Origin: Eledone cirrhosa
Lineage: Eukaryota
Assembly: GCA_964016885.1 (NCBI GenBank)
Contig: OZ024755.1
Span: forward strand, 3,472,001-3,536,000
Direction of reading: 5' to 3'
Length of the DNA: 64,000 nt
Shown here: piece by piece, positions 54,501 to 64,000 of the stretch
How positions within the stretch are numbered: the first letter of the stretch is position 1
Layout: each line of letters opens with the position of its first letter
Position numbers and translations under genes: made by a program
The notes under the pieces: generated by a model
The model's input: only the letters and a program-made list of their open reading frames with translations
The model's database searches: none
Told to the model about the DNA's origin: nothing

Positions 54501-55353
54501 ATTCCCACAGAAACTACTACCTCCACGGCCTTCCTATATTAATCAACGCAGGACCAGTTAATTAATTTCCTTCGTGTCACCTTCTATTTCCGTAACATGG
54601 CCACTTCCTTCCATCATCCGACCCCTCACTTCTGTTTTTTGTATTCTTCTTCCCCCAGACCACCATAAGCATCGCCACCACCACCACTACCACCACCACC
54701 ACCACCACCAACATCACCACCATCACCATCACCACCACCACCATCTCAGCATGAACACCACCACCACCACCACCTTATTCTTTCTTTCTCGAGCAGCCCT
54801 CTACATACCATTTATCTCCTTCTCCACAACCTCTTCTATCACCCCTCCCCCTCTGTCTATAGCAGACATTACTCCCTCGCTCCCGCCTCCCCTCCCACGT
54901 ATCATCTACCTCTTCCTCCGCCTCTCTTCTTTATTACTTCCCTTTGTATTCTCCCAGTTCACCGTTAAACAATCACATCCGTTCATTTACATGGTGTGTT
55001 ATCTTCTCTAATATTACTTCCTTCCATAGGAAGCCATAACACTTCCGGTGGACCAAATTCCGTTCTACATCAAAAGCTTGAAGAAGAAATATTTTATATT
55101 ATTTTATATTATATTATATCATATATTATATCATATATTATATTATATTATATATTTGTATCATTTCATATTATTTTATATTATGTATTTATATTATTTC
55201 ATATAATTTTATATTATATTATATATTATATTATGTTATTATATATTATATTATTTTATATTATAGCATATTATATTATATTATATGTTTATATTATTTT
55301 ATATTATTTTATATTATTATATTATTTTATCATATCTCATATTATTATGTTGG

Positions 55354-55572
55354 TCTCGTGATCCATAGCATCTACTTTTAAAAACATCCAACATAATTGT
55401 TTCTACTTTTCACACAAGGCCAGCAATTATCCCAGTGTATTACTGGTACTTTACCTTACAGGGTTGATAAAATAAAGTACCAGTAATACACTGGGATAAT
55501 TGCTGGCATTGTGCCAAAAGTAGAAACAATTATGTTGAATGTTTTTAAAAATAGATGCTATGGATCACGAGA
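55354..55572. repeat. 100-bp-arm inverted repeat containing a SINE 3' end plus flank
   Basis: Arms 55354-55453 and 55473-55572, 19-nt spacer, few mismatches. Confidence 0.9.
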
Positions 55573-56267
55573 AGAGTAAATGAGACGAGAGGATCACATG
55601 AGCTTGAACAGTAGTAGAGAGTTTATTAGTTTAGGGAATCAAAAGCCGTTGTAGTTATTGAAGATAAGCTTTGGCAACACACTTCTCCTGTGTAGTGGTC
55701 ACTGTAGTTTGAGTAAAATGTTGCTAATCTATCATATTCTGGATGTCATCTAAAATCTCCGTCCCAGATGTTTGAGATCATTTTTAATATGGCGCCCATT
55801 TGTACCGTGTAGAGTGTCAACGTTAGTATGTTTTTTTTTTTTAGTTCCCTCTCAACTTTCATCGCTTTTCCTTCCATTTTATCATCGGCAAGCTTTCACC
55901 CCCTTCTCTTCTGCCTCAAACTCTATCCTATATTTATAATCTGTCCCATTGACTGTCTACATTTGTAAGATGTCAACACTAACATTTACAACTCTACTAC
56001 CTTTACCCGAATCATGTCTTCTCTTTTTCTCTTCCCTCTAGCTGCGATCGTCTGCTTCACTCAAATATTTCAAACGTAATATTCCTTTTGTTTTATTACA
56101 AGAATTAATCATACATCTTCCAACGTCTGCCCCACCACTGGGAGCAATTATCTTTTACATTTGTTATCTCAGCAGTGTTCTTTAAATTAAGTGTCGGCTT
56201 GCTTCATCACTTGGTCTTTTCTACACCTTATCAAGAAATTCCACCAACCGTTTTATTTCGTCAAACT

Positions 56268-56324
<57 letters not shown>

Positions 56325-56328
56325 AAAT

Positions 56329-56429
<101 letters not shown>

Positions 56430-56613
56430 TTTGTTGGTTCCCCAATGGATTGAACTGGTCATTCCATATAGTCAACCTTGATGACTATTAGGGAGAGCAC
56501 TCGACGTAATGCAACTCACCCGTCTTCGTTTGTGTTGTTGGTGGTGCGAGTACGGAGTTAATTATTATATAATAACAGGAGGCTGGACTGGTGTAATTCC
56601 TTAAAGGTTTATT

Positions 56614-56671
56614 ATACTATGAACATTTCAATGACCGGGTTCAGTATGAATCCGGTGACATCATCAGGTAT
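56614..56671 (-). ncRNA. Type I minimal hammerhead ribozyme motif in a (TA)n-flanked cassette (~56427-56785)
   Basis: ATAC-CTGATGA-tgtcACCGGATTCA(tac)TGAACCCGGTcatt-GAAA-TGTTCA-TA-GTAT, followed directly by AATAAA. Confidence 0.78.
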
Positions 56672-57187
56672 TCCGAAATTTATCCAAGACACAATCCAAG
56701 GGGCTGAAAAGCAGAGAGAGAGATGCCCAAGACGAGAAGGCGGCCAAAGATTAGCAGTTGCTAGTCCGGGTGGCCGCCGTCAAGTGTATATATATATATA
56801 TATCCGTATGTAGTTGACGCCCGAGAGAAAAGAGTACTCAATATTGAAGAGTAGAGTTTAAATATTCATTTTATTAAGGTTAAATAGTGATTTTTGTCAC
56901 TTTGTTCCTCTGGAGGTTCGCCTACCAAAACACACACCTATTTGTATATGCGCTACAATTTATGTAGAGGGGAGGGTTTGGTGTTAATTGATATAGAGAG
57001 GGGGAATCGGAGAAGAGTTCTGTGTAATAGATATAGAGAGAGGGATATGTTGGTGTTAATTGATATAGAGAGGGGTATTGGAAGAGAATTCCATGTAGTA
57101 GGTATAGATAGGGTGAGAGTTTGTTTTGGTGTTAATTGATATAGAGAAGGGTATCTTTCTATTTAGCTATCTTTTATATATACATAT

Positions 57188-57271
<84 letters not shown>

Positions 57272-57994
57272 CGTGCGTGTGTGTGTGCGTGCGTGCGTAG
57301 AATTTTTTTTAGCTATATATTTATTTGTCATAGTTTTGACGTCGTCGTCGCTTTTCGCTGTTTTGGTTGCGTTTCCGGCTAGTCGGATATTGGAGTCGTA
57401 AATGAGCCGCAAGAGGTCACCCAATAACTCTCCTGCGGTCGATCGGAAAGTGATTTTTTATACGGGACTCCTAAATAGGTTGCCTGCATATAACCTTATG
57501 CAAATATCACCGCTACTTATTGTGTGGCTTGGTAATTTTCACCTTTTTAAATTCGCCTGTCAAGCAGACAGACGATATACAAATGGCGGATTTCCAGTGG
57601 ACGGAAGAATTAACTGATTCAGGAAAGTGTGGATTAGGGAAGGGAAAGAATCACAGTTATTCTCTGTCTTTGAGAAAATAGTTTTCTTTTCTTTTGTTTT
57701 GTTCATATTTTCTTGTTTTGTTTTATATTTTGGTTTCTTTTCGGTTTAGATCTGTGTTTATTATGTCTGATATCTGTCTGTCTGGCTGTCTCTCTGTTTA
57801 TCTACCTATTTGTCTCTCTGTCTGTCTGTCTGTCTATCTATCTGTCTGTCTGTCTGTCTGTCTATCTCTCTGTCTATCTGTCTATCTGTCTATCTGTCTA
57901 TCTGTCTATCTGTCTGTCTGTCTCTCTGTCTGTCTATCTGTCTGTCTGTCTCTCTGTCTGTCTATCTATCTGTCTGTCTGTCTGCCTGCCTGCC

Positions 57995-58063
<69 letters not shown>

Positions 58064-58465
58064 GCTCAATATCTACCTACATTGCAGGCCTTGTGCCTAA
58101 ATAAAAAAACATTTTTTAGTATTATTATTTAGTTGTTGTTGTTGTTGTTGTTTCTGTCTGATGATTATGATGATGATTATGATGATGATTATGATGATAT
58201 CGATATCGTTATTGATGTACTGTTGTTGGATTGCTTTAGATGTTGATGATGATGATGTTTACAGCGGCTTTTCTTCTTTCTCTCCTTCTTCATCCTTTCG
58301 CTCTGTTTGACATTGTAAATGACCAAAAACAACCCCATACACTCTCATACATACACACACACACACACATACACATACGCACACATACATACGCACACGT
58401 ACACACACGTACACACACGTACACACATACACACATACACACACATACACACACACACACGTACC

Positions 58466-58496
<31 letters not shown>

Positions 58497-58504
58497 ACTA
58501 CACA

Positions 58505-58542
<38 letters not shown>

Positions 58543-58897
58543 CCTTTGAAGAGAAAAGGTAAAATAAACAAATATTTATACGGAAAAAAAAAGAAAACAA
58601 CGGAGAAATGGAATAAAAAGAGGAAGAAAGAAAGCAAAGAAAGAAAGAAAGAAAGAAAGAAGGAACAAAAGGAATCAAAACGATGACGGGGATGATGATG
58701 ATGATGACGTCAATGATGACGATGATGATGATGATGATGATAACGACGACCACGGTGATGATGATGATGATGATGATGATGATAATGATAAAAAGGATGA
58801 TGATGAGGATAAAGATGATGTTGATGATGATGATGATAACGACGACGAGGATGATGATGATGATGATGATAGCGATGATAATATCGACTTTTAGGAC

Positions 58898-58929
<32 letters not shown>

Positions 58930-59456
58930 TGATAAAAGACGATGACACCAATAATGAATAAAAGATGTCGATTACGACGACGACGATGGCGGCGGCGGCG
59001 CTAGATGTGAAGATGGAGACCAAACAAAAAACAAAACAAAAAACAAAACAAAAAAAAAACAACTAATAATGATAAAAATAAAAATAAAAATATAATCTGG
59101 ATTGGATGTGACTGAAAGCTATTAGGAACGTAACTTCAATTGGAGAGCGGGACAGCAAGGGGCGATAATAATTACTATAAAGAAAGAGAAAGACGGACAA
59201 ACCAACCAACATACAAACACACACATAAACCAACAAATAATGTAAGATGTCTGACACACAAGTTTTATTAAACTGTAAACTCTCTATAAAACAGATTTCA
59301 GCCGAGTTTTCTCCTTTTCTCGCCAAAAGGTTGTAACCTCGTCAGACAATAGTTTCAAAAAGAGTCGGATGGACAAACTATTATCAATAGAGATAGTCTG
59401 CTGCTGCTGCTACTACTGCTGCTGCTGCTGTTGTTGTTGTTGTTGTTGATGATGGT

Positions 59457-59489
<33 letters not shown>

Positions 59490-60611
59490 GCTGGTGGTTG
59501 TGTTGTTGTTGTTGTTGTTGATGGTATTGTTGTTGTTGTTGCTGGTATTGTTGTTGTTGTTGTTGTTGCTGGTGGTTGTGTTGTTGTTGTTGTTGATGGT
59601 ATTGTTGTTGTTGTTGCTGGTGGTTGTTGTTGTTGTTGTTATTGGTGTTGGTGTTAGGGTTGGTGATGGCTGTGGTATTGTTCTTGTTGTTGGTGATAGT
59701 ATTGTTGTTGTTGTTGCTGGTGGTTGTGTTGTTGTTGGTGGTATTGTTGTTGCTGTTGTTGTTGTTGTTGTTGGTGGTGTTGGTGTTGTTGATGTTGGTG
59801 TTGTGGTGGTTGTGATAATGGCGAGTGATGACGGCGACGATATATGATGTTCTTTTTTTTAAAAGAGGACATAAAAAGGGAGAGAAAGCGTGAAAAACAA
59901 CATTGAAACAAAAAAAAAAATGTTTTTTCAGTCAGACACCTTCTCAGTTTTTTAACAAGTCTCTCTCTTTCTCTCTCTCTCTCTCCCTCTCATCTCTCTC
60001 TCTCATTTCTCTCTCTCCCATCTCTCTCTCTCTCATCTCTCCAACTCTCTCTCTCTCTCTCCATCTCTCTCTCATCTCTTTCTCTCTCTCTATCTCTCTC
60101 AATATCTCCCTCTCTCCAACTCTCCCTTCATCTCTCTCTCTCTTTCTCACTTGCCCCCATCCCCTCTCACTTGCATCCTTTTCACATTTGACCCCCCCCC
60201 CTCTCTCACTTGTCCCCCTCTCATTTGCCCCACCCCCTCTCTGACTCTCCCTCACTTGCTCCCTTCCCCTCTCCTACTCTCCATACCTATGAAAACTTTC
60301 TCCCAATCTCATTAACAGTTCTTTAAACTATGTATCTGTTTCTATATTGATGACTTCTCATTTAATTGAGGCTCTTCACCCCCAACTCTCACCCTTCTCC
60401 TTCCTCCGCCCTCTCTCCTAAATCTAGAGTTGTCTTCTCTTTCTTTTCTTCTTTTTTTCTTTCTTTCTCTTAATGTTGTCTCTTTTAAGATTTGCTTTCA
60501 TCTATTTCTATTCAACACGTATGATGATGATGATGATGGTGGTAGTGGTGGTGATGATGATGATGATGTTGACAACGGGGATGCGGTTGATGATGATGAT
60601 GATGATGGTTG

Positions 60612-60664
<53 letters not shown>

Positions 60665-61694
60665 GCGTCGAGGATGATGATAATGATGATGGTGATGATG
60701 ATGATAAGGATTAAATATACCCCTGTGCCTTTACACTTTTACTGTTTACCCACACACACGCACACACACACATATATATGTGTGTGTGTGTGCGTGTGTG
60801 TGTAGGTAAAAAGTCTGTATGTGTTTGTGTGTGTTGTCTTTTCTTTGTTAAATTTCCCAAGTTTATTATTACTAATCTGTGACGAACGTGTTCCTCTCTC
60901 CCCAATAATTCAATGGTTTATAATTTTTAACACGATATCACCACCACCACCAACAACAACAACACCACCACCACCACCACCACCACCACCACCACCGACA
61001 CCACCATCACCACCACCAAAGCCATCACCACCACCACTACCACCAACACCATCACCACCAACGCCACCACCAACACCACCACCACCAGTGCCACCACCAA
61101 CACCACCACCACCACCAGTGCCACCACCACCACCACCACTACCACCACTATCACTACACTACCACTACCAACACCACCACCACCACCACCACCACCAGCA
61201 CCAGCACCAGCACCAGCACCACCACCAACACCACTCTCAACACCCCACCCTCTTCAATTCCACGTACCTTCTTCATGTGTCTCCCACCCTTTTTTCTCTC
61301 TCTCTGGCCCTTCTTAAACCTCAACTCCTCCCCTCCTCCTCTCAACCCAGCCCTCAACCCCTCACACCACCACCCTCAACCCTCCACCCTCTTCAATACC
61401 ACGTACCTTCTTCTTCCTTCTGTTGTAATCAAACGACTGAGACGGTTTCGCGACAGAGCTGCTTTAAGAAGAAGTTTCAGCCACTCTATTCTCAAGTCTA
61501 TTTCTAACTGTGGCACTTTCTCATCCTTTTGCTTTGAACTACATGCTTTCCTAAACCTACCATAGCAACTTATACTCGGCGTGGAATCATTTGCTTACTT
61601 CCTGCTAATGTATGCCTATGTGTATTACACAAAACACAACCGCTCACAAACCTATATATATATGTGTGTATATATATATGTGTGTGTGTATATA

Positions 61695-61762
<68 letters not shown>

Positions 61763-61840
61763 TGTGTGTGTGTGTATATATATATATGTATGTATGTATA
61801 TATATATATGTGTGTGTGTTTGTATGTATATATATATATG

Positions 61841-61889
<49 letters not shown>

Positions 61890-61966
61890 ATATGTATATA
61901 TATATGTATATATGTAGATATAGATGCACACACAGACACACACGTACACATATGTATATATATGTA

Positions 61967-62038
<72 letters not shown>

Positions 62039-62044
62039 TGTATG

Positions 62045-62128
<84 letters not shown>

Positions 62129-62774
62129 ATTAGCGCATCCGTATATCTATATACAGAATTTTGTGCAAAACCAGTTACATTTAATGTGTGTGTGCCATTG
62201 TGATATTATATCTGTGTGTGTGTGTGTGTATGTGTGTGTGTGCCATTGAGCTATTATATCTGTGTGTGTGTGTGTGCCATTATGCCATTACATCTGTGTG
62301 TCTGTGTGTGGGTATATATGTGTAAGAAGGTGTCTATATATCATCAGTGAGATGATGCTAGAAGGTGAGTACGTGAAAACAGTATAATAACATACAGTTA
62401 CGTTAGCTTATTGAAGAAGTTGATAGTGAGTTGATTATTCAGCTAAATGTATCAGTCTGATGTTGTTGTTGTTGTCATTGTTTACCCTCAACACAGACGA
62501 AATCGAGCAGACATTCCATTAAAAATCTCACATCTTTTCCAGACAATGTATAATATGGTCCTACCCCCACCCTCCCCCCTGTAACTCCTGATGAAGGGTC
62601 GTCTGAAAATTTCTTAATCTGACCAAGATACTCTCTTACCAACCACCTCATCCCTGTCTTTACCTTTAACGTCCCCCCATTACAATATCTGTTCCTCCCC
62701 ATGTTTTGCTCCACCCTTTCCTCTTCCGGTTCCACATCCCACAAATTACTGAGACCCCCTCACCATGGTAACAA

Positions 62775-62978
62775 ACGATGGTCAGCTGAACAGTTCATAG
62801 GGTGACCAAGATACTCTCATGGAATGACCAAATGAGGTTTATTTTTTCAACATAATCCCCGGGAAAGAAACAATGCAGTTATTAATAAGAAGAGTTGAAA
62901 TTAATGCCATACAAGATTTCACATCTCTAGCATCACTCCTTCATACTCAGCCTATAAACTTTTCAGCGGACCCACGTA
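62775..62978 (-). mobile_element. Mariner-derived miniature element
   Basis: The minus strand starts TACGTGGGTCCGCTGAAAAGTTTATAGGCTGA and includes GGGATTATGTTGAAAAAATAAA. Homologous to 44611-44806. Confidence 0.75.
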
Positions 62979-63047
62979 AACATGCCACAGCATGGCCTCA
63001 GACCCTCAGCTGGGTCGCAAATATATATATATATATATGTGTGTGTA

Positions 63048-63112
<65 letters not shown>

Positions 63113-63461
63113 GTATATATGTATATATATATATACATATACATTGTATGTATGTGTGTATATATATATATGTATATATATATATTGTATGTATGTATGT
63201 ATATCTATATATGTGTGTATATATATTGTGTGTATGTATATATGTATATATATATGTTGTGTGTATGTATGTGTATATATATGTATGTATTGTATGTATG
63301 TATATGTATATATGTGTATGTGTGTATATATATGTATATATATATATTGTATGTATATATGTTGTATGTATATATATTGTATGTATATGTGTATATATGT
63401 ATGTATATATGTGTATATGTATGTATATATGTGTATGTATATGTATGTATATATGTATGTA

Positions 63462-63706
63462 TTCCAGTACAACCTGTCCCATGGTCGGGTCGTTGGCGAC
63501 TAAACTGGCAACCCCACCAAGGTTTCTTGGTGAGTAGGGTGACTTTGGACATCCTACAGGACCAAAAACAAAACCTGTCAAAGGGCAAAGGAGCTCTTAA
63601 GAGTCAATGGCCATCCAAAATCACCGGGAGAGATGATCCCTTAGCCTTTGTCAAGGCAGAATTCTAGGAGAAGGAAAACTCTGATATAACACCTGCAACC
63701 CTGATG
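63462..63706 (+). mobile_element. Putative RTE-like LINE 5' UTR fragment
   Basis: Homologous to the minus strand at ~9120-9180, and contains CTAGGAGAAGGAAAACTCTGATAT. Confidence 0.55.
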
Positions 63707-64000
63707 GTATCCAATGATGTTGACTTGTTCTTCTTTTTGGTAAATATCATCTTGGTTACGAGAGTGGGACTGACTTTGTGCAGTGCCTTTGCTCACTATA
63801 AAAGCTTCACGGCACAGGCATTGCTTTATATCTGGAGATCTCTCTGCACTTGTCGTCACCTGGTACCATGGGCCCAGCACTATGTGTCAATTTATTGTCA
63901 CAAGTGTAGTGTTTGTACCAGAGTTGTCAACTCGCTGGCTGGACTAAAAAGTCACACTCGTTCAGCGCATCGGTAGGGGTTCTCCTACATGGATATAAAG

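Noticed and set aside
62588-62612. CTGATGA-AGGGTCGTCT-GAAA hammerhead-like core
   Set aside because: There is no stem I partner, and the segment overlaps a mariner TIR-like sequence (GGGTCG.CTGAAAA.TT...CTGACCAAGATACTCTC) that explains it.

Overview
Eukaryotic, AT-rich, microsatellite-saturated DNA with no recognisable intact protein-coding gene. Nearly every ORF in the track is a simple-repeat artefact. The repeat content (an abundant SINE with the core GCCTTTCATCCTTACGGGGTCGATAAAATAAAGTACCAG, plus (TA)n/(CA)n/(GA)n tracts) resembles an octopus/cephalopod genome; this is an inference. Solid features are 12 tRNA genes in two islands: Gln-TTG x2, Gln-CTG, Ala-AGC x3 and Ala-CGC at 2.5-10.5 kb, and an alternating Ala-TGC/Ala-AGC array at 35.9-37.8 kb. 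There are also many tRNA-derived SINE copies, fragments of L1/Tx1-, RTE- and CRE-type retrotransposons, mariner-derived miniature elements and several young minisatellites. The most striking signal is a set of short (about 60-530 bp) non-coding cassettes inside (TA)n tracts. Many carry type I minimal hammerhead ribozyme motifs (stem I-CTGANGA-stem II-GAAA-palindromic stem III-NUH-stem I'). One complete motif has a compensatory U3-A8 core (TTGATAA). Several cassettes have a fold-back palindrome plus an ~80-90 nt one-sided tail. This fits remnants of (AT)n-targeting Penelope-like retroelements or non-autonomous ribozyme-bearing derivatives from several unrelated families. Pairings were read by eye and no folding or database search was run.
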